Source of the DNA: Toensbergia leucococca
Lineage: Eukaryota
DNA: 64,000 nt
NCBI GenBank assembly: GCA_022813965.1
Contig: JALDZS010000068.1
Location: forward strand, 1 to 64,000
Reading direction: 5' to 3'
The notes under the pieces were generated by a model that was not told where the DNA came from, made no database searches, and worked only from the letters and a program-made list of their open reading frames with translations. A program made the position numbers and the translations under genes. Within the stretch, counting starts at the first letter, position 1. Every line of letters starts with the position of its first letter. This document shows positions 26,491-44,303 of the stretch, piece by piece.

Positions 26491-28472
26491 TCATATCTTG
26501 CCCTCAGCTTTGGCTTCTTTGACTTGTTCGAACACCTTTCGAGATTAGATTAGCTAGAGTTACAAGTCGGAGACTTACAGGCGACTCACTTTCATCATTT
26601 TTCTTCTAGCTCCTAGAGCGTTGACTCCGCGATCCTCAAGACCTTTGTCATCCAGCTCCACCAACTCGTTCCATTTCAAATCTTTCAGTATGTCTGTATA
26701 CTTGTGAAGTCTCAGACTCCTCAACCAATTGGGAATGTCTTGCAACAAACTAGGATCCGTGGGATCCTCCGGTGGTTTCGACGTCGCTCTTCTTCCTCTT
26801 GGCGATCTGCCTCTTGCCATTTCTGAATGATCCGAAAGATAGCCTTCATGGCTTCCAGCATGCCCGATACCAAAGTGGCTGAGGTTCAGAGCACCCATAC
26901 CATTATTGATGCCCGAAGAGCTGTCGTAGGCAGCTAGGTAGCCATTGTTTTGGTGGGGGGCAAAACCAATGTTACCGAAGCCACCGCCTTGTAAAGCTAG
27001 ACCCGGAGAATTAGGTCTTGATCGGTGAACTACATATGCTGCCTGCTGTTGGGCTTGTAGTGCAGCCACTTGTTGAGCATTAAATGGTTGCGAGTTCAGA
27101 AGCTGACCATTTTCATTGACCACCAAAACATTAGCGCTTGATAGGTTCGTTCCAGGTAGGCTTGTAGACATTGGTAATTGACTTCCACTGCTTTCACGAT
27201 CGTTCGATCTTGCACGTCGATATTTTCGAACATCGTCCAATGCGATACGGTTATTGACAGTAGAGAGGGCAGCAAGCTTCATTGCAGTTGCGTTCGCCAC
27301 CATGTCTGCCTGATTTACGGCTTGCTGGTTGTTGAAACTTGAAACCATGGGCGTGTTCGTCATGGAAGCCCAGCTTGCATTTCCGACATTATAAGGCGAT
27401 AGTATTGGTAACTCAGTACTGTGTTCGGGCGTACTGACGCTGGTGCTCTGCAGATTACTACTACCAGAGAGCTGCAATGGTCGTGGTGAGCGTAATCCAA
27501 CAGAGGGGGGAGGCTGATTGAATTGTCCCATTGGTTGATGACCAGAAGATGACTTAGGCCTGCTTTCCACGTGGCGTTGGCCCCATGGTGTTGACGATGG
27601 CTGACTGAGGGTATCTTTAATGCCATCCATGGGTGCTGAAATTGTTGGAGCAATCAAGGACGAACGATCCCCAAAGGCGGCACTGTTGCGGTTCGAGCTT
27701 GGAGCATTACCTGTTTGTTGGGTATACTCGGCTTTCTTCTTTGCAATGGCGGCAGCTGCGTCAGGAAACATGGCATTAATGGTTAACGGATCTAAACCTG
27801 AGTTGCGTTTATTCCCTGGTGACGGAGGCGGTCTACCAACGGAATTACGAGAGCCTTCGACATTCAATTTGCTCATCGCATCACTTAAGCGATTTGACAT
27901 GGCATCTAGAGAAATGCCGTCAGCTTCAACTCAAAGCTCTGATTAGGTGGGGATTGACCCTTTTCTCCAAAATTGGCTGGTGAGAGGACACCTGACATAG
28001 GATGACTCTTTGCCATTTGCTGTAGAATTTGAATAAAAAATCGTATTTGAACCTGGGTGGTCTGTTGCAAAAGAGCGTACAGGGCCGCAGTTCTCTCGGC
28101 CTCACTTAAAACCTTGAACCATTGCTCTATAGCGCTAAGCTCATCTTTGAAGTCTTGGTCCAAAGTAGCTGCCGCCATCTCTTCTAGCGTCGTCTCATAC
28201 TGATCAATATCGGCGATCCATTGCTGAGCAGCCTTATCAACGACGTCGTCGGCGGTATTCTGGCTCTGTGACTGTTGCGAGTGACTATAGTATACTTCCG
28301 AAGATGGTCTTATAGTCCGGCCCGAGAGCGATGACGACGGGAAAGCTGACATATCAGCAGAAGCACGTAGATGATGCCCACTGCCAATATTGCGTGAGGA
28401 AGGAGGACGAAGAGATGAGTTGGACGCCTCTGGCGTACTATTACGGTTGCCGATGATATGACTGGCAGACAT
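26491..28472 (-). CDS. VTS1: SAM-domain RNA-binding protein Vts1 (Smaug homologue), 3 exons
   Basis: [32 protein letters not shown] motif. C-terminal SAM domain [16 protein letters not shown]...[22 protein letters not shown]. Confidence 0.95.
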
Positions 28473-29418
28473 GATGCACTTTTTCTAGGTGAGTAGGATC
28501 TGCTGATCAAAGCCCCAGACTTGTGGGGAGTGAGGTTGAGTTTGTAATTCCGTGTAGCCCGATGGTCCTGCAGCACCCGCTGTCATCAAAGGAGCCTTGA
28601 AAGTAAACAGACTTAATGAGGTATTAAGGGTGTGTTTATGTGGAGGTTGTGGAGTCCCTCGACCGCTGGCAAATGGAGGAAGGATTTCGATGGTGCCAGA
28701 CCAGTGGCAGCCGAAAGAAGGGTTGGATATGGCGTAGAAAGAAAGATCTGACTTGGAGTGTTCTGCCTTGTACAGATGGATAGCAAATTAGATAAGTTAG
28801 AGAACCAGCAGAAGAGGAGAGTTGAAGAAGTAAAGTGGATGCGGTGAAGCAGACTCGATCATCGATGAAGCTGAGATTCCCCAGCTGTGGAGTTAATTTA
28901 GGCTCTTTCACCAGCCCAGCGGCGGCTAATATTATTCTAAGACAGCTTTGGAGAAATCCTTAGCTTACGATTTACCTACCTACATTACCTCGGGGAGTAC
29001 GGAGCACGGAGGACATACCAATCTAATGATGACTTTTAGCACTAAGATCCATTCAGATACGATGAGTACCTACCTAGGTAAATACCCACTTCGATCTATG
29101 CCTTTATTTGTGCCAATCACATGCATCAACGTCCAATTACAAAGCCCATAGTGGCGCCATGTGATATCAGCCTGGTGCTCTGAGTTGTTTTATAGAAGCT
29201 TGAATACTCGTACTCGTGCTGTCACTCCGTCTTTCGCCTCTAAGCTCGTAAGTTGCAATTGGTAATTCGCTCGGCCTTCATATTTTTGGTTACTCTATGC
29301 ATGATCATCTATGGTGAACGGTTTTACGGAAGCTTCAATACCGTGCTTGATTTCTCATTATTTTCTTTGATCGCTAACAAACTAGAAGCCTCCAGCTGCT
29401 GCTCTTGAGGACAGCATC

Positions 29419-32400
29419 ATGGGCGCTCGAAGAGACTGGCGTCTCGAAGAACGTAGGATGCTAGAGCACTATGACATGCTTGAGATCTATCCTTACCCGG
29501 ATTTGGATTTCGTCCCTAAGTATCCGTGGGCTGGAGGAGGAAACATCACCAACAATTCAAATGACGTCGACCAACTTCCACAACACCCAGGCTCTCCTAT
29601 AGTGCATGATGGGTTCGTTCCACAAGAACCGAGATCTGCTGCCTGGGATAATTTACATGGCCAACTGAAGACAAGAGATCACTTCGGCAGTTCGAAGAAT
29701 GTTGCTACCAGCGCTCTTGGTTACAACACCCGATCACATGGGTTGAAAGATTCTGATGACCCTCTACTCCACGCTGATCACCGATCCTTCGACGAAGATG
29801 CACTGTATGTTTGCTCCTTTATATTTAAAGATCCAACTTGCTGAAATTTGACGTGGATGCAGAAGTGATGAAATCATTTCGGAAGCGGACTCAGATTTTC
29901 ATGCCTTGGATGCGCAGGAGTCTTCGAGAAATGCGGGTCGCCGCGGTAGGAGAGGGCGAGGTGGCAGGGGTCGTACGGCTCGCACTGGGCGTGGCGGAAA
30001 GGGTGTCAAACGAGGGCAGCGAAAGGCCTTGGAGCCAAGTTCAGAGTTCCAGGCATTGCACTCACAGGCCACCATGTCCTTCATTGATCGTGACTACGAT
30101 GAAGCCGAGCGTCTTACCCAGCAAGCGATCCTTATAAACCCAGAGATGTTCCCGGCTCATTCATTACTGTCAGAAATTCATATGGCGCGCGGAGACAAGG
30201 AAAAGGCGCTATCGGCTCTCTTTCATGGTGCTCATACAAGACCTCGAGACCCCAAACTGTGGTCCAAGGTAGCTCAGCTTATCCTCGAACGAGCAGGTGA
30301 GAATAGGACATCTGGCCTACCCGACGCCATCTACTGCTACAACCGGATTATCGGACTTGACGCGACCAATACAGAAGCTCGCTACCAGAGAGCGTCTCTA
30401 AATCGGGAACTTGGGCATAAGGGAAGAGCAGCCTACGAGTATGAGCTGCTGCTGAGATATCTTCCACATGATACAATTGTTCTACGTCATCTAGCAGATA
30501 TCTACATTGAGCTAGACGAGGCTGAGCGCGCTATATGCCACTACAACGATACCATATCTCACTATCGACTGACAGAGCCATGGAGCCTGACCAAGTTCAC
30601 ATGGTCAGATGTTAATATCTACACGGAGCTATACAATTTTCAAGGACAGTACGAGGAAGGCATCTCAAAGTTGAAATCTTTAGCTCGTTGGCTCGTTGGC
30701 CGGAATAGTGACGTGATCTGGGAGACGTTCGACGAGGATGACCGAGAATGGGATGCTAGAGACTATCCGCGCCGTGTAAAGGTTGAAGGCTTTGAATCCG
30801 GAAAGTACGGGCTCGCGGCTTACGGTGATGGACTCCCCCTTGAGTTGCGTGTGAAGCTTGGGCTTTATCGTCTGAAATTAGGAGGTAGCAATATAGAAGA
30901 AGCCTTTGTAAGTTTTCCGTCTCTGAACGTATATTCCCGGTCGCCTGACCTCCAACCATAGAGCCACTTTGAATGGCTCGAACCAGAGGACGATCGAGCT
31001 GAAGCAAAATTGTTCGACTATGCTGATCTATTTCGCGAAGCAGCGGATGCTCTTCGGGTGGAGAATTTGCATCAAGAGTCGCTAAGATATTACGATCCGC
31101 TGCAACAAGTCGAGAATTATACGGATAATTCATACTTTATGGATGTGGCCTTTTGCTATCGCGCAATTGGCCTGGTTGCAGAAGCTGAGGATTGTTATCG
31201 ACAGATAATTGACGGCGATGAAGTTAACATCGAAGCCCGAGTACAATTGGCGAAAATGCACCAAGAGAATGGCATGCCGGAACGAGCTTCCATATACTAC
31301 AATGAAGTGTATGAGATCGAAAAGCGAGAATCCAAATTACTGTCTCTCTCTTGGCCTTCGACGGGGCCTAATTCAAATGTTGATTCGTCTCCATCTGTTC
31401 TTACCATGCTCGCACCTCGCAACCCTCATCAGCCAAAAAGGCCGTCTGCGCTGCAGAGAGAAATCGGGGTGAAAACCAAGAAAGAGGATATTCAGCTCCT
31501 TTTCGTCCGCCTGCAAGGTTTGACGGAGCGGCTTCGCCCTGGCGACGAAGAGCTCAAACTTCAGTGGATGAATGCTGCCAAAACTTTGACCCAAGCGTTT
31601 AGATCCAAAAGATCATGTTTATCGAGAGAGAAGGATCTCAGATCTGGCAGACAACTAAAAGAAACTCGATTGAAATCACCAACCTTGACAGCTAGCTATG
31701 GCGCCGAGGAAGTGGGATTCGTGTCTGGAAGACTACGATTCTCCTCATGTGTGAAATGTTCTCGAGTAAGTTATATTAAGCTTAGCTAATAGCAGATTGC
31801 AGATGATATTGGCGCTTCGTCGAACCCCAACCACCCTCAGAATATTCCGTGTCAAGCATGGCTGGATGTTTTCCTCAGATATGCCTTGATGCTTGCGCAG
31901 AATGGCGATACTAAAGTGGCCTATGAAATCATGTCCGCAGCTTCTGATGCCGATGTATTCCTCAATGTCCCCGACTCGCAATTCCTCATACATGTATGCT
32001 GGTTTAGTAGGTACTTCGAATGGGAAGCTTAGGCCATAGTGATACTGATATGATGGTAGCGTCGGCCATGATCGCTAATGACGAAGAGACCCTATGCAAC
32101 GTCGCCCGATGGTTCACCAAGGAATTCCAATTCGTCAACGATGCATATCGTCTGTATTCTGCATTACACAGTCTCTGTGGAGATTTTAGATCTTGGTATA
32201 ATTCTGGTCCATCCCAAAAATATATCCTTCGGCAAATCAAAGCCATGGACTACTCTCTGGCTGATGAAGACCGTCGGAGAACCTCATACTACGGAAAAGC
32301 GTCATATACGACCAAAGATGAAAATGGTGATCCAATCTATGCCGAAGAAATGGACGTTGGATTGCTTATGCTCTACGGCCATATCCTGTTCGTTGGGAAA

Positions 32401-32900
32401 AGTTACGCCGTCGCGTTGAGTACGTCAATTGGGAAGCTTCCATCGGCTCTCAATATCATCAAGGCTTACATTAAATAGACTATTTCCTACGCGCATACGC
32501 CTTGGACCCGACGAATCCCATGATCAATCTCTCTCTAGCTCTAGGGTACCTTCACTACGCCGTCAAGCGCCAATCTGAGAACCGCCATCATCTAGTAATG
32601 CAAGGCTTTGCTTTTCTTTTCGCCTATTACAATGTTAGACAGCACTCGAATGTGGTTTCAGAGAGGGAAGAAGCAGAGTACAACGTTGCTCGAGCGTACC
32701 ATATGCTAGGATTAAGTCATTTAGCAATTCCGTATTATGAACGTTGTTTGGCGTTAGCAGCACAGGCGCACGTTGTAGGCCACAACGACACAACAGAAAG
32801 CTATGTCAGGGAAGCGGCGGTTGCCCTGCAAGGACTGTGGGCTACAAGTGGAGACTATCAATTGGCCCGGGAGGTGACAGAAAAATGGCTTGTACTCTGA
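29419..32900 (+). CDS. TFC4: RNA polymerase III transcription factor TFIIIC subunit Tfc4/Sfc4 (TPR protein), multi-exon
   Basis: Acidic and RGG-rich N-terminus, TPR array, LPLELRVKLG motif, C-terminal PMINLSLALGYLHYAVKRQSENRH...EAEYNVARAYH...KWLVL*. Canonical introns link the ORF pieces. Confidence 0.92.
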
Positions 32901-33553
32901 GCCAAGTACATGCTCTGGAGAAGATCTACCTGACGGCTTAATGACGCAAATTCCATGTGTCGCGGCGTAGACCAAGCTTGCGCAGTGTACAATTCAGGTC
33001 ACCCAAAACGCATAGAACCTGACATGGGGCCCGTGAACAGAAACACACATCATTTAAGTGACTAGACTGAAAAGCTTGCAATCCAGAGCCCGGCTAAAGA
33101 TCAATGACGTGTAACCTCTGCTGATTCCCAAGTTTTCATGAAAGTCGAGACGACTCTTCGAAGCCAGGCGCCCAGCCATGGGTGAAATACATATACGCTC
33201 AGCGCAAAAACAATGATGCCACGAAATGTGTCAAAATTGTCATCAGTAATGTGATTATGTGACTGGCGACAAATGTAAATGAAAAGAAGAAATCAAAGTA
33301 GGCAAAATAAAGTGGTCTCGGCAAAATATCTTGGCTTAACTAATATCCGTACACACTAGAGTACCGAGCTCCCGAGGACCTGCAATCTGGCTACCTACTA
33401 CCTACTCATCTCAATCCAAATCTGCGACCTTTCCTGTTTGTATCGCTCTGTACCTGTTCCTTAACCGGAATAGTCGTTTGGTAGCCAAGGGTTTCCCGGA
33501 AAGACTCCCTGCTGACCTTGAAGTGCCATTTCTATTTGTGAGTGTCAGAATTT

Positions 33554-36212
<2,659 letters not shown>

Positions 36213-36960
36213 GACTTCTGTTGATTTACAGATATGATTGTCAGTGCCTTGCACGCAATAAAGCAAAAGCCAGTAGTCTTGGGTTCAAACACTGTAACAG
36301 AATACCTGCAAACACGGGCTCAACGTAGGGATTCAAGTTGACTGCGAATCTCGTGATGGCTTGCTTCTCTTTCTGATCCTTTAAAAAAGGTGTACTCTCA
36401 ACAACACTAGATTGTTTGTGGTGAAAGGCCATCCTAGTCTCATCTTTGACCCTTGATGAATCTTGTTATGACATGCTATGTAATACGGCAGCCTCCGACC
36501 ACTTTAGGCAGAAGGCACAATGACTTAAGACCCGCTAGAGAAAGTAGACACAGTAGTTTATGGTTTCCTGTCTCGCCGATGAAAGAATAATGAAAGTTTG
36601 TGACCTTTTTGGAAGGAGTAAGTCCTGTTGCAAAGAGTATTGAGATTGAAAATGGGTTCCCCCAATTTGAACTCAGTGGCCCCTTTTCTACCATTGATGA
36701 ATCGTTGAAAGTCACCAACGTTCTCTTTTGCATCCGTGACCGCGATCCTGAGGCTTCCTTAATTTGCAAGAACAACGGAATGACTTTCACCTTGATTCTC
36801 TGTTGTGATTTCAGAGAATTGTCGTTTTTAGTTGGCGGCTGTAAATTTCTCGGTAGCACGAGTAATATATCCCATCTGCGCTAAATATTTAGTGCACACA
36901 TATGTTTTCGTGAAATTCGATTCCAAGAACAATCACTGACGAGAAATCCACGCCATCACA

Positions 36961-37718
<758 letters not shown>

Positions 37719-39125
37719 GCATGATTCTCATTTGTCGGTACTTGCAGTGCTTCACGTAGCCTAGCAACCTAACGAGTACAATTGAATGTAATTTCCAAGG
37801 CTCGGCCAAACCCCGACAATTTCCGCTACTTAATTATTGAAGCTCTTTGTCTCAATGATCAGTTTACTTTGCCAACACTCTGGCCCTTACCTCCTTTCCC
37901 TTGTGGATTGGTTCAATCTATGGTACGGGCCTATTTTGGCGCAAAGGAGATGACATTCTTCGGATAGACCCACTACTCACCGCGGTACCTCGTGCTCCTG
38001 GCGTGGGTGCGGAGGTCCATTTTTTGAGGTCTATATTAAAGCACTGCATTCTCCTGCCGCATTTGCACTTGTGGAAGTTACTATGGAAGTCACGCGGAAG
38101 TGTCAGGTCATTCATGTGATACGGAGTTGTCTTTGACTGAGGCGATCATGGTGAAGATAAAAGTGTAGGCTGAAAACTATCCATGCTGTGATATTGCGAG
38201 GTCAACTATGTACCTAGGAATTGAACTTCAGGTGTAACTGTTATTATACTCAAGCCATGTTTTCATTGAGTAAGGTCTGAAACAGTCTGGATTTTGTTCA
38301 TACACATATTCGTGGGTGCCGTGCATTCGTCGACGTCTACCTTGCCTCAGTCATGTCATGCACGTAGAGCTGTTGTGTTACGGCGGCGGTGAAGTGGAAA
38401 ACTAGTCACAGCCCTGTCTCACACCCACACAAAGTATCACAGTTGACTGTACAAGTAAACATCCTACTCGTTCCCTACAAATGAACGGGCCGCTTCAACA
38501 ATTCATGCGGGCGGTCTCCCACCAGGCAAGGATCAGCAGAATGGGCAGCGAATAGCACTGCGCCTGTGCGTCTGTCGTGGTGTCGCAACGGTCAATCATC
38601 GAGCGTTGAAGGATGCATGGCTTGCGCCTCAGAAAGCTGGGCGTTTATCATCCGACCCTCCGCCCTTTCCATGTTATCGAGTCCTCATCGACAATCAAAC
38701 TTGCTTCCATTATCTTGCTCCACCATCCACCACTAACGGGACATTTCGACCTGTGCCAATCCTATTGGCTCTGAAGCCTGATGATTACTAAGGCCTGATG
38801 TCGAAGTCTTGGCTTACACAACAAGTCTCCTTGCATCTTTGAATATATGCACCACGACACTGGTGAATTTCAACACTCTAGTTAGTCTATACTACGGAAG
38901 CACCGTGCTTCTATCAAGCCTTAACAACAGGGAGAATGCCATGCGTAGGAAATCGAATCAGACGTCGCAAAGGCATTGGGACGCATCTCTATCAATGAGA
39001 CCTTGTCAACGTACTATCTGACAACTCTCTCACCACTATCTCCCAGTCCGTGTGGTACATCTGCCTCAGTCCGCGCTACCACTGTCAAATTCAAGTTTGG
39101 CATCTTGCCAACCTCTCGTGCAGCC

Positions 39126-42100
39126 ATGTTCACGGAAGTGGCACAACCACAACATTTTCCCTATCCTTCACAATCTCCCTCCCAGCATGCCTTCAATCCT
39201 GCCCTTCCAATCCCAATCTACGGCCAAGTCTCACAACATGGGCAGCATGATGACGTGCAGGATGTAACATTTCGCCAGAGGTTCCAGAAGCCTCGAAACT
39301 TCGCGAGACCGTTGCAAAGTCTCTCAACGCTGTCGCGCCAGTTGCCAGCCCTTGATTCGCATCCGCAAAGTCCAGGTCCCTCCGAAGAGCACTTGCTTCG
39401 CAGAAAGACTCCGCATGGAACATTGGGTGCAGCTTATGATGGTACGCCGGTTGAGTGGATAGCAAGGTCCCATGCTACAAAACACTTCTTAATGCCGATA
39501 TCAAGTGGTAATGGGGATATGATATATCAATCCGTTCCTACAGACGCGTCGCATCAAACCCAGCCTGTCGACCGTCAATCCTTCTTCAGCAGGGCTGAGA
39601 AACAACGGCAGCAAACGTGGTATAGCAATACTACATCATCACAAGGAAACATCGAAGATGCGATGATTATCGACGGTGGCAACCCAGCGTGTGAGTGGAA
39701 GCCTAACGTTTTTAGATCGGCAGGGGTAGACTCGATGTTAAATCAAGGCTCATTTCACACTCAATACTACAACGGAGTCAACGGCCAGCAGGTTCCTACC
39801 GTACTTCAACCAATGTGGCCGCCATGTCTGGGACCCACTGCTTTGAACGACCGTGGACCGTATGGACCTTACTGGCCAGATGGCGCATATGTACCTTATC
39901 GTCCAGCTCCTCTTCGAGATCCACGCTTCCACCCTCAAGCTGGGAGTATCAACTTGGACGGAGAGGAACAATCGTACGCTGTCTCAGACTATCGCCACAA
40001 TTGGTCCCGAAGTAGTAATAAATTGAAGCACGCGGATTCGTCACTTTCGGAGCCTATGTCTCGATATGGTATAGATAGTCCTATTGATCACGCGTTTCTG
40101 CAATCTGAGCACTATAGCCAGCGACAGCCTCAACCACCAAACCACGATGTCTGCGAGCCTCGGTTGTGTCAACAGGGGCCTTTGGCATACCATGGTAAGC
40201 TGAATGCACCAGTGAGTCAAAAATTACAGAGTGAAGCTGGGTGGGATAACGTTTCTCGGAGCTTGACCTCTGAGCTCTCGCCGGTTTCCCAGATAAGCAA
40301 TGCTCAATTCAAACAAAAAGCATTGGTCTGGGCTCATCGAGTATACGTTAGCTTGCTTGCATCCATACATCAATCGCGACGAAATCCTCATAGTATACAG
40401 CATCAAGGTGACCGGCACCACTTGCACACTAGTATCTACCCCAAACCCCCCCGTCAGATTTTTCTAGGTAATGGCCCTCAAGGGAACACAAAGGTACAAA
40501 ACTCAGCTGGGACATTTTGGCATAACAGACAAATATCTACCTCTCGGGGTAATTATGGTGAAAACCTTGGTACCGCCCAACAGAACAAATCAGACGAACA
40601 CGAATCTTCTCCCAACCTGTCGCCTGGAGTCCAACTGCCCCATAACAGCAGTCACTCTCGGTATCACCGATTAACGAAGGAGCACCAAGATCCATTGAGT
40701 TACCCAATTTCTGACCACAGCCAACGACCCCAGATAAGTCAGATGTCGTCTCAAGTTACTCATGACCAGCAAACAGCATGCCCTTCGACAGTTGCAATGG
40801 GAGCATTGGAGATGCTAAGCCGCCTTTGTCAAGAAAGCGGCTGGGAGTGGACGGACGGAATGTTGTTGGGAGGATGTTTGGCTTATGGCCTGGGAGATTA
40901 CAATGAGGCCATGACATGGTACTCGAAAATTCTAGGCTCTGATCCAAAGTAAGTTACACTTGCCCTTGGCATGCCAGCAGACATCCTCTAATTTCAACCA
41001 AGCAATGTGGAGGCGATGTCGAATCTGGCAGCAACCCTACTTGCTCTAAATCGTCGACAAGATGCCGAAGACTATTGGCGTCGATCTGTAAAGCTCAGGC
41101 CTAGCTATTTTGAAGCTGTTGAGCATCTAGTAGGGCTACTTTGCGGGGATCAACGTGCGAAAGAGGCTGTCCAGATCATAGAGTACATGGAGCGAGCCCT
41201 TCGAATCGTACACCACGGCGCGTTCTCTGGACCTTTGGAGCTCAGCAAAAAATCTGCTAGAGAGGAGTGCATGTCCCCCAGCACTTCTATATCCGAGAGA
41301 TCTGATTTTGTCTTTTCTGATCGTGGGGTTGATGAGGACTGCTCCTTGATGAACGAGCCCGCGACGTCTCCTGGATTCGGTTCGAGTGGTTATGCAATTC
41401 CTGGTTCTGATAACGGGAGAATGCTGGCCTTGGTTCATGCGAAGGGAAATATGCTGTACGCATTAGGAGATAATTCGGAAGCCGCTCGGGCGTTTGAAGA
41501 TGCCATACTCATTGCCGCAGGGAGACGCCACAGTGGTATCGGAGGCTTAATTCAGCGGATCTTGACAGTATTCTCTGACCAGGGCACATTACACACTCTA
41601 GCTTCTCGCGTGAGCAAGACAGCCGATAAGACAATTTTATTAGCCCCTGAAACTGCGCTGAAGACGGCACGGCTTGTCTTTCCTGCGAATGGCCAAATGC
41701 CCGGGCTGAAGGACGTTCCTAGTGGCATTGGCAAGAAAGCTGCCGTCTCTACTACCAGTAACTCGTTACTATCGCTCGCCAAGATCTACCAAGATGGCAT
41801 GTCCTCTAGTGGAGCAACAGCCACTGGGCCGAGAGCAACTTCGGGAGTACAGGAAATACTTGCGCTCTACTATCTTTCACTCTCTCTCCAGCCTAGTCCT
41901 TCGACAGCGAACAATGTCGGCATCCTTCTGGCTAGTGTTCAGCAATCTGCTCCATCCAGGATGAACATAGAATCCAATGAGTCTTCGCCGCCTATGATTC
42001 CTGGGGTTGTACCAGGCAGTGGAATTGCTTTAGCTCTGGCTTATTATAACTATGGCTTGAATCTGGATTCGCGTCATGCCCACCTATACACGAATCTTGG

Positions 42101-44303
42101 CAGCCTTTTTAAGGACATTGGCCAACTGGGTGCCGCTATCAAGATGTACGAAAAGGCGGTCGACTGTGATGGGAATTTTGATATTGCTCTAGCGAACCTA
42201 GCGAACGCAGTCAAAGACCATGGCAGGATAAGTGATGCTATTCGTTATTACAGAAGAGCGGTCGCGTCTAATCCAAATTTTGCAGAAGCTGTGTGCGGTC
42301 TTGCAAATGCACTAAACTCTGTGTGTAGTTGGAATGGCCGTGGCGGATTGATTCTTGAGGGAGGCAAACGAGACCGTTGGCATGTAGACGAACAGGGTAG
42401 TCTTTTCGATGCCAAGACGCCCAACTCTGTCAGCTCTGGTTGGATAGAGCGAGTCGTCGCCATCGTCAAGAAGCAATTAAAGGAAGGGGAGGATTGGGGA
42501 AAGGGAATTCTTCACAGCATTGACATGGAGCAAATGCTAGGTCGACTGGGCTTTACATCTAGCTATTCGGAACTAGAAGATGCGAAACTAGCTTCGATGA
42601 AAGAAGCGTTGCAGCGCTGGACAGAGCAGTCCTGGGAAGGTGCTAAGGTAGTCCGTCTCGTCGAACGTGCTACCAAAAGACTCGGGTGGCAATCTTACTG
42701 GGACAAATACATTCACCAGAGACCTTCTCGGCCAAGTCCAGTACGACCTCAACTTCCAGCAGCACTGGCTGTACCTAGCGCTCCAACTGTCCTTCCATTC
42801 CATACCTTTACCAGTCCTTTGTCTCCCCAGCAAATTCGAAAAATATCTCAACGGAATGGATTGAGGATTTCATGCTCAACTTTGAGAGCTCCGTGGCTGC
42901 CGACGACAATATATGACCCTCCAGCACCACCACGACCACATCTTAATGTCGGCTACGTTTCTTCGGACTTCAACAATCATCCACTAGCACACCTTATGCA
43001 ATCGGTATTTGGATTCCATAATCAAAATCGTGTCAAAGCTTTCTGCTATGCGACAACGGCCAGTGACAACTCGGTGCACCGCCAGCAGATTGAACGTGAA
43101 GCTCCAGTCTTCTACGATGCCTCGTTGTGGTCGATCGATCGCTTGGTCAACCAAGTCATTGATGACGGTATTCACATCCTGGTCAATCTCAACGGTTATA
43201 CTCGCGGAGCGAGGAATGAAGTCTTTGCGGCCCGCCCAGCTCCTGTTCAAATGTCTTTCATGGGCTTTGCGGGGACCCTTGGTGCGGAGTGGTGCGATTA
43301 CCTTCTGGCAGACAATATAGCTATTCCGCATCAGACTTTGAGGCCATGGAGGCGGAACGTTGATCTCATGGATCAGATCATGGACTGTAACAATGACGAT
43401 GATGAGAGTGGTTGGGTTTACGGCGAGAACATCATCTTCACCAGGGATACTTTCTTCTGCTGTGATCACAGACAAAGTGCCCCAGACTCTCAAGAAATGC
43501 AGCTAAGCTGGCCGGAAGAGCAAAGACGTCGATGGAAAATGCGTAAAGATTTATTTCCGGAGTTGCCGGATGATGCCGTAATCTTGGGGAATTTCAACCA
43601 ACTATACAAGGTACTGCAATCTTACAATCTACACAAGTCCTAGCATGTATTAATTTCAAACTGTCAGATCGAGCCGAGTACTTTCCGGACGTGGCTACGT
43701 ATCCTCTCACGTATTCCGAAGGCAGTGCTTTGGCTTCTGAGATTCCCCGACCTCGGGGAGAAAAACCTCAAGCAAACGGCCATGCTTTGGGCTGGCAAAG
43801 AGGTAGCGTCCCGTATCATCTTTACCGACGTCGCCCCTAAGCATCAGCATATCTCGCGTGCTCGAGTCTGTGATCTTTTTCTCGACACACCAGAATGCAA
43901 TGCTCATACCACGGCTGCGGACGTGCTTTGGTCTGGCACTCCTCTCTTAACGTTCCCAAGGTATGAATACAAGATGTGCTCGAGAATGGCTGCTTCAATA
44001 CTGCGAGGAGCTTTGCCGAAGAACTCGCAGGGCGATCGAGCGGCAACAGATTTGATTGTAAGCAGTGACGAGGTATACGAAGAGCACGCAGTGGAGTTGG
44101 GTAGTGATCTGGTGTACCCGCTGCAGCATGACAATCAAGGCTTCGGGACAGGTAGACTTATGGAGCTCCGGAGACTTCTCTACGAGAGCCGGTGGACTTG
44201 TGCACTATTTGATACAAGACGTTGGGTGAAAGATTTAGAAGATGCCTACGAGGCATCATGGAACCGGTGGGTTGCCGGAGAAGGTGGGGATATCTGGCTC
44301 TGA
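39126..44303 (+). CDS. O-GlcNAc transferase-like protein (GT41, TPR + catalytic domain) with long low-complexity N-terminus, 3 exons
   Basis: TPRs; GYVSSDFNNHPLAHLM; IHILVNLNGYTRGARNEVFAARPAPVQMSFMGF; NFNQLYK|I; LDTPECNAHTTAADVLWSG. Introns at 40949-41002 and ~43611-43667. Confidence 0.95.
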
